The translations under genes and the position numbers were made by a program. The notes beneath the pieces are model-generated. The model saw only the letters and a program-made list of their open reading frames with translations. It was not told the origin of the DNA and did not search any database. Source: Candidatus Sumerlaeaceae bacterium (GTDB lineage: Bacteria > Sumerlaeota > Sumerlaeia > Sumerlaeales > Sumerlaeaceae). From it: a DNA stretch of 64,000 bases. The DNA lies in assembly GCA_051003195.1 (NCBI GenBank), contig JBPCLP010000008.1:32001-96000 (forward strand), in the 5' to 3' direction. Positions 37,684 through 49,173 of the stretch are shown piece by piece; position 1 is the first letter of the stretch; each line of letters opens with the position of its first letter.

Positions 37684-38405
37684 TTTGCTTCAGCCACTGG
37701 GCGCAGCGAAGCAGCGTCCTCGGAAACTGGCAGGTCGCTGCAGATCTTGCCATCGCGCATGCGCACGACTCTTCGAGCATGGGCGGCAACTTCCGCTTCG
37801 TGCGTCACCACGATGACCGTCTGTCCCTCTGCATGAAGCGTCGCGAAGAGGGCAAGAATCTCCTCGCTCGTGACCGAATCGAGATTGCCCGTAGGTTCAT
37901 CAGCCAGAAGGATACTGGGGTGTGCAACCAAGGCACGCGCAATTGCGACGCGCTGTTTCTGTCCTCCGGAAAGCTGGTTGGGTTTATGGTGCATGCGCGA
38001 GGCGAGTCCGACCCGCTCCAGGGCGCCGGTTGCCAGGCGCTGCCTGTTCCACCAGTTGCCTTTTGAATAGATAAGTGGCAGCTCGACGTTCTTGAGTGCG
38101 CTAAGGCGCGGCATGAGCTCGAACGATTGAAAGACAAAGCCAATGCGCTCGTTGCGAACGCTTGCCAGCGCAGTGCCGGAGAGGTTCGATACAGGTTGCC
38201 CGTCGAGTTCATAGATACCCGAGGTCGGCCGATCGAGGCACCCCAGGATGTTCATCAACGTGCTTTTGCCTGAGCCCGAAGCACCCATCATCGCGACATA
38301 CTCGTTTGCCTGCACCTCAAGCGATACGCCTGCAAGTGCATGGATTGTTTCAGCTCCTACACGATAGGTTTTTGTAATTTCCTGGAGACGGATAACCGAG
38401 CTCAT
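37680..38405 (-). CDS. ABC ATP-binding protein (LolD/MacB type)
   Basis: [27 protein letters not shown] and VTH motifs. Confidence 0.96.
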   Translation of the reverse strand: MSSVIRLQEITKTYRVGAETIHALAGVSLEVQANEYVAMMGASGSGKSTLMNILGCLDRPTSGIYELDGQPVSNLSGTALASVRNERIGFVFQSFELMPRLSALKNVELPLIYSKGNWWNRQRLATGALERVGLASRMHHKPNQLSGGQKQRVAIARALVAHPSILLADEPTGNLDSVTSEEILALFATLHAEGQTVIVVTHEAEVAAHARRVVRMRDGKICSDLPVSEDAASLRPVAEAK

Positions 38406-39808
38406 TTTGCCGCGGACTTCTTCGGATCAGTCGCCTGCTTCGTTCCTGTGGATTCCTTTTCGTCTTTAACCTTCTGGTCATGCTTGAGCGATTCCAGGAT
38501 CTTATAAGGACCAATAATGATCTGGTCGCCTTCGTTGAGGCCGGAGGTAATTATGGTATGCGTCACATCACTTGGGCCGACGGCCACCGGTACCATTTGC
38601 GCTTTTCCCTTTTCAAACCGGCACACCAGCGTCGCCATGGATTTATCTTTTTGGGCTTGCGGCAATACTTTGCGCAACTCCGCAGGCAGATCTTCCACCG
38701 GGCGTCCCTGCACGGCCTGACTCGGTACTTTCAAAACGCCGGTGTGGCGACTCGTTTCAATGTCGACATCGCCGGTCAGTCCGCTTGGTATTCGCTCTCC
38801 ATTGGTTTCGAGAAGAACTTCCGCGATGAAGTTTTTCTCCTTTTCCTTTTCCTTCGAGGCGAGCGCGACCTTGGTCACCTTACCTTTGAAGACACGATTC
38901 GGGAATGCCTGCATATGTACCTCGGCACTTTGGCCGGCACGTACCGATGCAATATCAGCTTCATCGATACGAGCAACCAGCAGCATCTGCGAAAGGTCGG
39001 CAACTTCCAGGATGACCGTGCCCGCATTGTTCATGGTCCCCGTGATGGTCATCTCCCCAACTTTCGCATTAACCCGGGTCACAATTCCGTCGATAGGAGA
39101 GACGATGTTCGCATTGCGAAGATCTTCCTGCGCGCGGGTGATTTCCGCGTCGGCGGCTTCCAGGTTGTGACGGCTGGCAGACAGGCCCGCATCATCTGCT
39201 TCGAGGCTGTGTTCCGCTGCTTCAAACTGGCTGTGCAACTCGTCAACTTTGCGTTTGGCCTGGTCGTAGTTTTGCTGGCTCGTGTTTCGAGAGGCCATCA
39301 GGTTGCGTTCCCGTGCAAAGTCCCTTTCGGCATCTACGACGGTAAACCTTTGACCGGCAAGCTGGCTGCGTGCAGAGGCAATGCGGGCCTGGCCCACCTT
39401 AATCTGGGCCTGCTGAGCAGCGTAACGAGCTTTCGCTGAGCGAACCGCTGCCTCAAGGTCGGTTGCGTCCAGCCGTACGAGAAGGGACGGGCTCGTGTGT
39501 GCGTTTCCTTTCGTGACAGTCGACCCTTCATCGTGGGGCAGTTCGATGAGGCGCGCCGAGACCTTCGCGCTGATGGAGACGTGGTGACGAGGTTCAATAT
39601 CACCCGGTGCCTGAACCACTTCGGCGAGATCACCACGAGCTACCTTGCCAAGGCGGACAGTGATAACATTCTCACCAGCGGCAGGAGTTTTCGATCGTAA
39701 TAGACGCCAGCCCCACCACCCGCCGCCGGCAAGCAGCACGAGGCAAATAAGAACCCATAACACCGTTTTATGGCGGGACACGCGACTCAGAACCTGGGAT
39801 ACTGCCAT
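38402..39808 (-). CDS. Periplasmic adaptor/membrane fusion protein (MacA-like)
   Basis: N-terminal TM, coiled hairpin, IVSPIDGIV and IDEADI...GQ motifs. Confidence 0.92.
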   Translation of the reverse strand: MAVSQVLSRVSRHKTVLWVLICLVLLAGGGWWGWRLLRSKTPAAGENVITVRLGKVARGDLAEVVQAPGDIEPRHHVSISAKVSARLIELPHDEGSTVTKGNAHTSPSLLVRLDATDLEAAVRSAKARYAAQQAQIKVGQARIASARSQLAGQRFTVVDAERDFARERNLMASRNTSQQNYDQAKRKVDELHSQFEAAEHSLEADDAGLSASRHNLEAADAEITRAQEDLRNANIVSPIDGIVTRVNAKVGEMTITGTMNNAGTVILEVADLSQMLLVARIDEADIASVRAGQSAEVHMQAFPNRVFKGKVTKVALASKEKEKEKNFIAEVLLETNGERIPSGLTGDVDIETSRHTGVLKVPSQAVQGRPVEDLPAELRKVLPQAQKDKSMATLVCRFEKGKAQMVPVAVGPSDVTHTIITSGLNEGDQIIIGPYKILESLKHDQKVKDEKESTGTKQATDPKKSAAK

Positions 39809-39844
39809 CCCGCTTTCCGCGATGCAATCCCCCGTTTCAGGCGG

Positions 39845-40738
39845 TTATTCTTCCTCTGCCGCTTCGATGGTAACGAAAAGAGTTCCGTGAGGCGCCTCGA
39901 GGTTTTTGCGCTCGGGCGGCAGTTCGGAAAAGTGGTACGCGACGGACTCCTCATAGCCAAGCGACTGGCCGGGGCGAACCACTGGTCCATTCTCAAACAT
40001 GTAATAAAAGATCGTTTTGAAATGCTCGTCGATATCTTCAATTTCATTGAGGTCCTCTGCCCGGTAAGCGAGTTCCGGCAAACCGTAAATGGTGTGACCG
40101 GCCGAGAGAAACCAAATCTCTCCATCTACTTCCGCCGGCAGAAATCCCACCAGTAGTTCGCCTGGCATTCCTTCATCGCGCAAACTGTCCCAAAGGGATG
40201 TCAGGGTGCCATCATCAGCCTCGGGGGGCTCACCCGCGCTTTCCGTTGGGCGAATTGCATCCTCGATGGCCTGGTCCGCGTATGCTTCCATGACTTCGGC
40301 GGGAAAGCAGGTATAGTTATTTTCATTCACGACCGCCAGCCCCCCCTGCGCAATAAGTCCCATGCTCGTCTTCAGCAGCAGGATAGCGCTCTCAATTGCA
40401 TGGTACTCGTCGCTTCCAAGGCAGGTGAGCGAAGCGTATACACGATGTTGCCGCAGCGTATCGCGGTAGTCCTCGGGTAGGGCGGCAATTTCTACGGTGC
40501 TGCGGAACGTCTCCTCCGGCAAAGCGTGGCCATGCACCTGCACCGCAACGTTCAATTTGCCGCAAGTCACAACGCCAGAGGAGACACTGCTGCCATGTTC
40601 GGTCGCGCGCATATTAAATTCCGACACTTCGGGAGCAGTACCTTCCGGCTCAAGGGCAACCAGGTACTCGCGCAGCGCTTCCGCATCCATACGGGGAAAC
40701 TCATTAAACAGAACAAAGCATTGGAAGGCTTCTATCAT
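39845..40738 (-). CDS. DUF4261-like protein
   Basis: Acidic 297 aa protein with a GHTIYGLPEL...YYMFENGPVVRPGQSLG pattern. Confidence 0.55.
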   Translation of the reverse strand: MIEAFQCFVLFNEFPRMDAEALREYLVALEPEGTAPEVSEFNMRATEHGSSVSSGVVTCGKLNVAVQVHGHALPEETFRSTVEIAALPEDYRDTLRQHRVYASLTCLGSDEYHAIESAILLLKTSMGLIAQGGLAVVNENNYTCFPAEVMEAYADQAIEDAIRPTESAGEPPEADDGTLTSLWDSLRDEGMPGELLVGFLPAEVDGEIWFLSAGHTIYGLPELAYRAEDLNEIEDIDEHFKTIFYYMFENGPVVRPGQSLGYEESVAYHFSELPPERKNLEAPHGTLFVTIEAAEEE

Positions 40739-40989
40739 GATTCTCTTCTTCTGAGTTGCGGTCGATGCAACAGGTTCTCCCGCCTGATCCGGAAATCATC
40801 CTGCGACTGCAAGCGAAAGTAGCTTTTCAACTTGGGTATTCACGGCCCGTGTCGGTCGAATTAACCCATTGCATTAACTAAATCTCTGACGGAAGGTAGA
40901 GCTCTTATTGCACCACAGCAGGTTCACGCCAGCCTGCCATCAGTCAGATCGATTCGCTCGTAGCAACGCACGACCCTGGGAGTACGATT

Positions 40990-43617
40990 GTGGTTTTGAA
41001 CGACATTGATCTTTCATCGCTGTTTGGTGCGCTGCCGGACGAGATATTTGTTCTGGATTGGGATGGAATCTACCAGGAGGTCTCGGCGGTATCTGCGGGG
41101 CTTTTATCAAGCCGCGGGCACGAACTCGTCGGTCATTCCGTGCAGGAACTTTTTCCTTCCGAGACAGCGGACCTTTTTCTCGGGTACATACGCAGCGCGC
41201 TCAGTTCCAAACAGGGGGTCCATGGAGAATACGTACTCCAGAGTTCCCATGGCCCGATATGGTATAGCGCTTCCATCACGCCGCTTTCGGACACCACGGT
41301 ATTGTGGGTAGCCAGAGCTATCACCGAAAGTAAACGCGCCGAGAAAATACGCGGCGTTTTCGCATGGCTTGGAGCGCAACTGGCATCTGCTGTGGATGCA
41401 CAGGAGGCCGCTCGTACTGTTCTGCAGGCGGCGGATGAAATCGTCTGCTGGGACGCAGGTTTTATCAATTTGTTGGCCGATGAGGAAAGCACCGACTCAG
41501 AGCTTTTGACTTATTCGCTCGTCAGCTTCGATAAGGTGCACGGGGAACGGATTGATGCGCTTAGAGCGGGCCAGACTTTGCCTGCTGGTCCCTATGCAAA
41601 GCAGGCTCTTGAGCAGGGCGCCCATCTTGTACAGCGAATAAGCGCGCCACGTGAGGAAGTGGTACGGTTCGGCAACCTGGAAGCGCTTTCGGCATCTCTT
41701 ATGTTCGTGCCGATCCGTCACGGAAATCGAGCTACAGGCGTGATGTCCATTCAAAGCTATACGGATGGGGCTTACGACGAACAGGATCTTCACATACTAC
41801 AAACGCTCGCGGACTTTTGCAGCGGGGCTCTCCAGCGCACCTACGCCGAACAGAGAATGCGCGACAGTGAAAAAGCACGAGTGGACAGCGAGAGACGTTT
41901 CCAGGCACTCATCGAGAATTCCACGGACGCTGTTCTGCTGATTGATGCCAACGCGTGTGTCACCTATGTCAGCCCCGCTATTGAGCGTCTGCTGGGCTTC
42001 AAGCCTGAAGAATATATGAAGTGTGCGAACTTCAGCATTTTCCACGAGGAGGATCAGCCCCGAGCCCAAACCGTTTTCCAGCACTTGCTCGAACATCCGG
42101 CGGAGCCAGTCTTTGCCACATGGCGTATGCAGCACCGCGATGGTGAGTATCGATGGCTGGAAACGACCGCTCGCAACATGTTGGGGGACACGGCCATCAA
42201 TGGGATAATATGCAGTATGCGCGACGTGACCGAGCGTCAGGCGGTGGAGCAAAAGCTGAAGCACGGCGCCTATCACGATGCGCTCACAGATCTTGCCAAT
42301 CGCGCAGCGTTTATGGAGCATTTACAAAGGGCCATCGCAAAGTCCGAACGCCGTAGCGACTATGGATTTGCCGTGCTCTTTATGGATGTGGATCGTTTCA
42401 AGGTGGTCAACGACAGCCTCGGACACATTGCGGGCGATCGCCTGCTTGTTCAAATTGCTGGCAGGTTGATCAAGTGCCTTCGCACGAGCGACATCGCCGC
42501 CCGGTTGGGTGGTGATGAATTTGCATTTTTCATCGAGGACGTTTTTCTGCCTGGCGATGCAACTCGCGTCGCGGAGCGAGTTCACCAATGCCTGGGAGAG
42601 CCTTGTACAATCGACGGAGCGGAAATTTTCACAAGCGTGAGCATCGGCATCGCATTGAGCAGTGCTGGATACGAACAGCCAGAGGACATACTGCGTGATG
42701 CAGATACGGCGATGTATCGCGCCAAAGGGCAGGGCAAGGGCCGGTACGCGATTTTCGATTCGCAGATGCACGACAAGGTCGTTGGGCAGTTCCAGATGGA
42801 GAGCGACTTGCGCCGGGCAATTGGAAGGCAGGAGCTGCTGCTCTATTATCAGCCGCTGGTGTCGCTACAGAATGGCCATGTAGTCGGGTTCGAGGCGCTG
42901 GTTCGGTGGCAGCACCCGGAACGTGGACTCGTGCCGCCATCGGAATTTATTCCGCTGGCGGAAGAAACCGATTTGATATCGGAGATCGGCTGGTGGGTAT
43001 TGCGGGAGGCATGCCAGTGGATGCGATCCTGGCAGATCGAGTCGTCAATAGGACGACGCCTCTCCATCAACGTTAACCTCTCGGCTCGTCAGTTTACACA
43101 GCCCGACCTTGTCGAGCAGATCGAGGCGATTCTGAAAGGAATCGGGCTCGACCCGCATTGCTTGAAGCTCGAAATTACGGAGACGACGATTGTCGAAAAC
43201 GGCGAAAGCGCAATTGAGATGCTGTCTCGCCTGAAGGAGCTGAACGTTCAGCTTCATGTGGACGATTTCGGTACGGGCTATTCTTCGCTGGCATACCTGC
43301 ACCGGTTTCCAATCGATGCCCTGAAGATCGACAAGACCTTTGTTCAAAGCCTTGGAAAAAGCGAAGAAGCGCTGGAGATAAGCCGCGCCATCATTGCACT
43401 TGCCCGGAACATGCGGATGGATCCGATCGCAGAGGGCATCGAGACCGCCGAACAACTGCGCATTCTGCTGGAGCTTGGATGCACGCTGGGGCAGGGCTTT
43501 TATTTCAGCAGACCGCTTCCGGCCGCCGAGGCAAAAACCCTGTTCGAGCGGGTCTTTACCTGCCTGCCTCCAACAAAAGGAAGCCTTTCGTTTGGCGGCC
43601 TCATCTTACCCAATTGA
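40990..43617 (+). CDS. PAS-GAF-PAS diguanylate cyclase/phosphodiesterase
   Basis: HDALTDLANR, RTSD I-site, GGDEF, EALVRW, DDFGTGYSS and AEGIET motifs. Confidence 0.96.
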   Translation: MVLNDIDLSSLFGALPDEIFVLDWDGIYQEVSAVSAGLLSSRGHELVGHSVQELFPSETADLFLGYIRSALSSKQGVHGEYVLQSSHGPIWYSASITPLSDTTVLWVARAITESKRAEKIRGVFAWLGAQLASAVDAQEAARTVLQAADEIVCWDAGFINLLADEESTDSELLTYSLVSFDKVHGERIDALRAGQTLPAGPYAKQALEQGAHLVQRISAPREEVVRFGNLEALSASLMFVPIRHGNRATGVMSIQSYTDGAYDEQDLHILQTLADFCSGALQRTYAEQRMRDSEKARVDSERRFQALIENSTDAVLLIDANACVTYVSPAIERLLGFKPEEYMKCANFSIFHEEDQPRAQTVFQHLLEHPAEPVFATWRMQHRDGEYRWLETTARNMLGDTAINGIICSMRDVTERQAVEQKLKHGAYHDALTDLANRAAFMEHLQRAIAKSERRSDYGFAVLFMDVDRFKVVNDSLGHIAGDRLLVQIAGRLIKCLRTSDIAARLGGDEFAFFIEDVFLPGDATRVAERVHQCLGEPCTIDGAEIFTSVSIGIALSSAGYEQPEDILRDADTAMYRAKGQGKGRYAIFDSQMHDKVVGQFQMESDLRRAIGRQELLLYYQPLVSLQNGHVVGFEALVRWQHPERGLVPPSEFIPLAEETDLISEIGWWVLREACQWMRSWQIESSIGRRLSINVNLSARQFTQPDLVEQIEAILKGIGLDPHCLKLEITETTIVENGESAIEMLSRLKELNVQLHVDDFGTGYSSLAYLHRFPIDALKIDKTFVQSLGKSEEALEISRAIIALARNMRMDPIAEGIETAEQLRILLELGCTLGQGFYFSRPLPAAEAKTLFERVFTCLPPTKGSLSFGGLILPN

Positions 43618-43619
43618 GA

Positions 43620-44432
43620 TTACCTGACCGGCAATAGTGGACTGTCATCGAATTCTGCCGCGATGTTTCTCCATTTCGAAGCGCCGGGGTTGCGCAGATG
43701 AAGGGCTTTTGGACGCACACCTGGAGCAATCCAGAACGGTTCCCACGACAGATCCAGTTCAAGCGATACCCGATGCATTCCAGCCGCCGTAGTCGTAGTG
43801 CTGACATCCCACGCTGTCAGGCGCCGGCGATACGGCGAGACACCCGCTGCCTGTTCCGTTTCCCAATAAATTTTTGGCGCCTGTTCAGGCACAACATTGG
43901 GCGGTGCGTCGGCCGCAATGCGCAACCTGCTTCCAAGCTGATGCGCGGAGGTGCCTTCTGGGAAAACAATGATCAGGCCGTCTGTTCCTTCGCGCGTGAT
44001 GGATGGCGGCGGAACGGGCTGTGCGGACAGGTGAGCCCTTCGCCTGGCATCTTTCCAGTTTTCATCCAGCCATTGTAACGCTCGAGTCCATGCGTCGACG
44101 TCGTCCGTGAGCCAAAGCCCCTGCTGGTAATTGTGCATCACGTTTGGAAACGCTTCGGGCGCTATGTCTTTCAAACGCCAGCGCCCCAATGCAGTTCGTA
44201 TGGCGAGCAGGGTCATCGGCTCTGCGTTCCCCTTCCGCAGGACATCCCGGATTTCCTGTTCGCTTAATTTGATCCAGCCGGGATGAAGCAGGCTGTAAAA
44301 GTTGCGCCAGGGGTCACCGGCCGATCGAACTCCGTTTTCGACCCCGAAGAAGTAATAGGCCGAAAGTGCGGTGGATGCTACAAGAGCGGTAATGCCCGCC
44401 AACGTGCGGCGACGGGGCGAGTGCAATGTCAT
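43620..44432 (-). CDS. Membrane-anchored hypothetical protein
   Basis: N-terminal TM/signal; overlaps the stop of the upstream membrane protein gene. Confidence 0.6.
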   Translation of the reverse strand: MTLHSPRRRTLAGITALVASTALSAYYFFGVENGVRSAGDPWRNFYSLLHPGWIKLSEQEIRDVLRKGNAEPMTLLAIRTALGRWRLKDIAPEAFPNVMHNYQQGLWLTDDVDAWTRALQWLDENWKDARRRAHLSAQPVPPPSITREGTDGLIIVFPEGTSAHQLGSRLRIAADAPPNVVPEQAPKIYWETEQAAGVSPYRRRLTAWDVSTTTTAAGMHRVSLELDLSWEPFWIAPGVRPKALHLRNPGASKWRNIAAEFDDSPLLPVR

Positions 44433-46354
44433 GGTACGAACTCGAACAAAGCGGCTTCGGGTTCAGGCTCGAGCCACAACGAACTCTCGGCGCCGCTGTC
44501 GATCCGATGCATGAGCAGCCGGAAATGTTTAGGATCCGCCATCGCTACGCGAAAGTTTTCCGATTTACGAAGCGCGTAGATATGCGTCGCCCGCGCAGCC
44601 GTCAGGTCCGCAAGCCATCGTGCCGAAGGCTCGCCAGCCTTGGAATCCGCAATACGTACGACGCCGGCACCGGTATTAGGAGCGTAGGCGAACCATGGCG
44701 CCATCTCGCCCGGAATAGCGAGCGTCGCTTTCTTTTCCGCGACATGCTCGCGCCAATAATCTAAAGTGGAATACTCGTCAGGAAATGAATCGTCACGCAA
44801 TGCGCGGCGATCACCACTCAGCAGGTTGTACGCGATGAGTTCCACAGGTCGCGTGCGATACTGAATGCTGGGAATCGTGGCATATAAATCGTATCCCATG
44901 CACGCTGCTGCAAGAGTAACCAGCGCCCGCCTCGGCAGTGTCGTAACGTAAGACAGCAGCCAGCAAAAACATAAAGCACCGAGAGCCAGTTCAAAGAGTG
45001 CAAACCTGGCGAGAATACGAGTTGGGCAGGATACGAGCATCACGGCAAAAAGTATGAGAATCAGAAGACGTTCGCGCCAGGCAACCCCGCGAACACCCAA
45101 CAGCAGGAACAGTGCAAGCGCTGGTAATCCAAGCGTGACTGAGTGCAGACCCATTCCCCCGCTCCACGATGCGAGCAACGACGGACGCCACGTGTCCATC
45201 GCCATTCGCCACCATGCGCGAACACCACTGGCCTGTGCATAGCGTTCGGTGTATTGCGTGTTAAAGTCCGGCTTGTAAGGCCCGGGGAAAATGACTTTCT
45301 GGCCTGCAGCCACTTCGATTGGATACACGGGATTGTTCAACTTCAGAAGGCCGTGCATATACCAGGGACCTGCAATCAAAGCGCACGCCGCGACAACCAG
45401 TATCAGCGCAATGCCCGTCCGACGCAGACGGTGCGAGGGCCCTCCCTGCGTACGCATTATCACAACCGTCAGGTAGGCAATACCCAGGGCGACGCTGCCT
45501 GTTAGCCCGGTTGGTTTACTCGCTGCGAGTTGAGCAAACGCCAGGCTGGTCAACAGCATGGTGCGTAGCGACGGCCCTTCGCTCCAGGTAACCAGGCATG
45601 CCCATACAACCATAAGCTGCGCCGTGAAAAACACAATATCCGCATAAGCTTCGATACTCTGCAACAGGACCTCCGGCGCCAGCATACAGAACAGAGCCCC
45701 CAGCGGAACCGTCCATCGCGGCAGGCCCGCCCTGCGGAAAATACCCAATAACAGTACGGGTATGGCCGCGAAGAATGGCCATTGCGCCAGTGCGGTGCCA
45801 TCCAGCTTTCCAGTCCAGTCGAGTATCAGGAATGGCAGCATGGCTTTCAGGTTCGCGTACACCTCGCCGGCACCAAGGTAAGGATACAGTGTTGGATCGC
45901 CAAAAGAATCCAGTTGGAAGCGGTGCGACTGCGCCCATCGCATTGGCGCGAGACTATGATAGGAAGCTGCATCCCAGATGCGAATGGGCAGAGTAGCCCC
46001 GACAAGCAGAGCAATCACAAGCACCGCGGCGACGCAACCCCACGCAGCAATCTCGCTCCGGCTCATTTGCCGAAGTGTTGTAACTGTATTTCGAAATGTT
46101 ACATCGCCCGGCGTGAAGCGTCTGCTGCAGAGAGCTGCCATGCCCACCGCCAAAGCAGCCGAGCCGACTACCGTCCATGTATTGATGAACGACGTGGTGT
46201 AGCCCAGGATGACTGGCAGGCCGTAAAACGTAGTAAACGCAGTAAGCAGCACGGTCGTCGGGTAATCCGCCCGGCGTGCCGGTTTCCAGAAACGGTCGGT
46301 CAGCACGCACGCGGCGCCAAGATGTACGAGTGCGAGTAAAGCGATCCAGAGCAT
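44429..46354 (-). CDS. Polytopic membrane protein, GT-C-like glycosyltransferase candidate
   Basis: More than 10 TM helices, WDAASYH in the first large loop, and YAD, SKPTG and NPVYP motifs. Confidence 0.65.
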   Translation of the reverse strand: MLWIALLALVHLGAACVLTDRFWKPARRADYPTTVLLTAFTTFYGLPVILGYTTSFINTWTVVGSAALAVGMAALCSRRFTPGDVTFRNTVTTLRQMSRSEIAAWGCVAAVLVIALLVGATLPIRIWDAASYHSLAPMRWAQSHRFQLDSFGDPTLYPYLGAGEVYANLKAMLPFLILDWTGKLDGTALAQWPFFAAIPVLLLGIFRRAGLPRWTVPLGALFCMLAPEVLLQSIEAYADIVFFTAQLMVVWACLVTWSEGPSLRTMLLTSLAFAQLAASKPTGLTGSVALGIAYLTVVIMRTQGGPSHRLRRTGIALILVVAACALIAGPWYMHGLLKLNNPVYPIEVAAGQKVIFPGPYKPDFNTQYTERYAQASGVRAWWRMAMDTWRPSLLASWSGGMGLHSVTLGLPALALFLLLGVRGVAWRERLLILILFAVMLVSCPTRILARFALFELALGALCFCWLLSYVTTLPRRALVTLAAACMGYDLYATIPSIQYRTRPVELIAYNLLSGDRRALRDDSFPDEYSTLDYWREHVAEKKATLAIPGEMAPWFAYAPNTGAGVVRIADSKAGEPSARWLADLTAARATHIYALRKSENFRVAMADPKHFRLLMHRIDSGAESSLWLEPEPEAALFEFVP

Positions 46355-46537
46355 CAGTATAAGCCCTCGTACGAGGCAGCCAAGCCTGCCAACCCCGAAA
46401 GCCGATCGTCATCCCTGTTCACCGCCGGTCACGACCGAATGCTCAGGTCTGAAGCTCAACATAAAACCTGTATCACGTCTGGCTGGCTGTATTTTCTGCT
46501 GGCGAAGGTGTTTCCGAGGGGCGATCAAAAACGCGTT

Positions 46538-47995
46538 ATGACAGCATCTTTAACCTACGAACCGGTGATCGGATTCGAAGTCCATGTAGAGCTTTGCACG
46601 GCATCCAAGGTCTGGTGCGGTTGTTCTACCGTCTTTGGCGCACCGCCGAACACCCAGGTCTGTCCGGTGTGCCTCGGAATGCCCGGTTCGTTGCCCGTGC
46701 TCAACCAGCAGGCTATCGAATTCGCGCTGCGCACCGCGATTGCACTGAACTGCGATATTCCTGAGCGCATGAGTTTCGACCGCAAAAACTACTATTACCC
46801 CGATCTACCTAAAAACTACCAGATATCGCAGCAGTATGCGGCGCTCGGAACGAACGGCTACATCGACATCGATGTGAATGGCGCCTTCAGGCGCATTCGA
46901 ATTAATAACGTTCATCTCGAAGAAGACGCAGGCAAGCTTCTGCACCCTGAACACTCCATCGGCGGTGATGATCATTCCCTCGTGGACCTCAACCGCGCCG
47001 GAACCCCGCTCCTGGAAATTGTATCGGAGCCTGATCTGGAGTCGCAGGATGAGGCGCTGGCATACATGCATACGCTGAAGAACCTGCTCGAGTACCTTGA
47101 AGTCAGCGACTGCAAAATGCAGGAAGGCCGTTTGCGCTTTGAAGTGAACATCAGTGTTCGCCCGTCCGGAACCAAGACGCTGGGTACCAAGGTGGAAATT
47201 AAAAACCTGAATTCCATGCGCGTCGCGTTGAAGTGCATTGAATACGAGACTCGCCGGCATAACGAGGTGCTTGGGGCAGGCGGGCGCGTTCTACAGGAGA
47301 CGCGGCTTTGGGACGAACCCACAAGCATAACGCGCACCATGCGTTCAAAGGAAGTGGCAAACGACTATCGCTATTTCCCCGATCCAGATCTTGTGGAAGT
47401 GCAGGTAACGCCGGAGTGGCGTGAACAGATCCGGGCGAATCTCCCGGAATTACAGGACGAAAAACGCAGGAGATTTATCGAGGAATATGGCCTGCCGGAA
47501 TATGATGCCCGCATTTTGACCTCAACCAAGCCGATCGCGAGCTACTACGAGCGCGCGGTGATGGCGCACAAGAATGCCAAGTCGTTGAGTAACTGGATGA
47601 TGACGGAAGTATTGCGCGAACTGAAGGAGCGCGGTCCGGATTCTGAGCCGGCCGATCTGCCACTCAATCCAGAAGACCTCGCTTCGTTGATACGGATGAT
47701 TGACGAAGGCAAAGTCACAGGGAAAATTGCAAAAGACGTCTTCGCGAGGAGTATGGCCGCGCAAGGTCGTCCGGCAGACATAGTCGAGCGCGAAGGCCTC
47801 GCGGCGGTCAGCGACCAGGGCGAGATTGAGTTACTCGTCGATGAAGTCATTGCCGAGAATGCGGATGTGGTAGCGAAAATTCGAGGCGGACAGGCCAAGG
47901 CTTTACAGGCGCTGGTTGGCCAGGTGATGAAAAAAAGCCGGGGGAAAGCAAGTCCGGCGGTTGTGAACGAGCTGTTGGCAAAAAAACTGGGGTAG
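46538..47995 (+). CDS. gatB: Asp-tRNA(Asn)/Glu-tRNA(Gln) amidotransferase subunit B
   Basis: IGFEVHVEL, RKNYYYPDLPKNYQISQ, HLEEDAGK, NRAGTPLLEIV and DYRYFPDPDL motifs. Confidence 0.98.
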   Translation: MTASLTYEPVIGFEVHVELCTASKVWCGCSTVFGAPPNTQVCPVCLGMPGSLPVLNQQAIEFALRTAIALNCDIPERMSFDRKNYYYPDLPKNYQISQQYAALGTNGYIDIDVNGAFRRIRINNVHLEEDAGKLLHPEHSIGGDDHSLVDLNRAGTPLLEIVSEPDLESQDEALAYMHTLKNLLEYLEVSDCKMQEGRLRFEVNISVRPSGTKTLGTKVEIKNLNSMRVALKCIEYETRRHNEVLGAGGRVLQETRLWDEPTSITRTMRSKEVANDYRYFPDPDLVEVQVTPEWREQIRANLPELQDEKRRRFIEEYGLPEYDARILTSTKPIASYYERAVMAHKNAKSLSNWMMTEVLRELKERGPDSEPADLPLNPEDLASLIRMIDEGKVTGKIAKDVFARSMAAQGRPADIVEREGLAAVSDQGEIELLVDEVIAENADVVAKIRGGQAKALQALVGQVMKKSRGKASPAVVNELLAKKLG

Positions 47996-48012
47996 TGCGG
48001 TGGCCCAGGCTT

Positions 48013-49128
48013 TCAGTTCTGCCTGGCGGCTTCCTGCTTTCGACTCTCGATTTCCACCATCGTCGCGCCCGCCTGCTCCAGCAGCTTCACATGGCGCGCG
48101 CGAAATTCCTTTTCCCCATTCCGGGTATCGAAGTATAATACACCACGGCAGTCGTCTCCCTTGAGAAGGGGTACCGCGATATACCCGTTTACGCGAAGCG
48201 CGACCATGCTGGCGCTGGGGCCGACGTCTTCCACGCGATCGTCGTCCGCCATTGCGTTACTAATGGCACGCTTGCGCTTAAATGCAATCGTGGCGGCGGT
48301 CAGCGGTACAGGGTGCGCGCGCTCGTAGCCCGACCACGAAAAAGCATCACCGACCTGGTTACGAATGACCCAGCGACCGGTCTTTGAATTTTGAATCATC
48401 AGGAATCCGTAGTCGGCATCGACTGCCGCGCGGAGGCGCATAAGCATGCGTTGAAAAACAAACTCAAGTGAGGCTGGTTTCAAAAGTACCTCTTCGAGAA
48501 GCGAAGCCATCTGGCGCGAGACCCAGACAAGATCATCCGCATCTTCCGGCGGAGCCGCGTCTTCGCTTTGCGTTTTCTGCAAGGCCGGAAGCATCTTTGG
48601 CCTCGTGGGCAGTGCGGCTGGTGTTACCGGTTCCCTGTTCGGCTGCTCTGTAGCCTGGCCATTATCCTTCTTTGCGACGGCTGCGTTCGCTTTATCGCCA
48701 CCGAGGGAGTCGCGTACACGGATGGACTCGGAACGAACGATCTCGGACGCCCGCTTCCACTCCTCTTTCTCCACCGCCTCTTCTTCGAGGCAGAACAGCA
48801 ACTGGCTGTTACCGATACGGATATCGTCTCCATTGGCCAGAGGTCTCTCCTGGACAATTTTGCCATTCACACGCAGGCCGCCTTCACCGCCAACGTCGCG
48901 CACGTACCAGTTGCCGCGGCTAAAGTAAAATTCTGCGTGGCGATCGCTCGTGCCCAACTCCGGCACCTCGATCGCATTGTGTTTCCCACGGCCCGCACTT
49001 TGGACCTTCTCTTGATCCAGCGGATAAGTGCATGCCCAGTTAATTGCAGGAATGTCGACGATCAGTTTCGCGTTCAAAAAACCAACTCCCGAAAACGGAT
49101 CATTAAAATCTGCGACGCCGAGAACCAT
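48013..49128 (-). CDS. FHA and GAF domain protein
   Basis: N-terminal GR...SDRHA...D...VNG...LANGDDIRIG FHA domain; C-terminal IAVPL...GVLYFD GAF domain. Confidence 0.8.
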   Translation of the reverse strand: MVLGVADFNDPFSGVGFLNAKLIVDIPAINWACTYPLDQEKVQSAGRGKHNAIEVPELGTSDRHAEFYFSRGNWYVRDVGGEGGLRVNGKIVQERPLANGDDIRIGNSQLLFCLEEEAVEKEEWKRASEIVRSESIRVRDSLGGDKANAAVAKKDNGQATEQPNREPVTPAALPTRPKMLPALQKTQSEDAAPPEDADDLVWVSRQMASLLEEVLLKPASLEFVFQRMLMRLRAAVDADYGFLMIQNSKTGRWVIRNQVGDAFSWSGYERAHPVPLTAATIAFKRKRAISNAMADDDRVEDVGPSASMVALRVNGYIAVPLLKGDDCRGVLYFDTRNGEKEFRARHVKLLEQAGATMVEIESRKQEAARQN

Positions 49129-49173
49129 ACGTCAAAGCCAAACATCACCCCACTGTCAGCGTTGCGAGGGTGG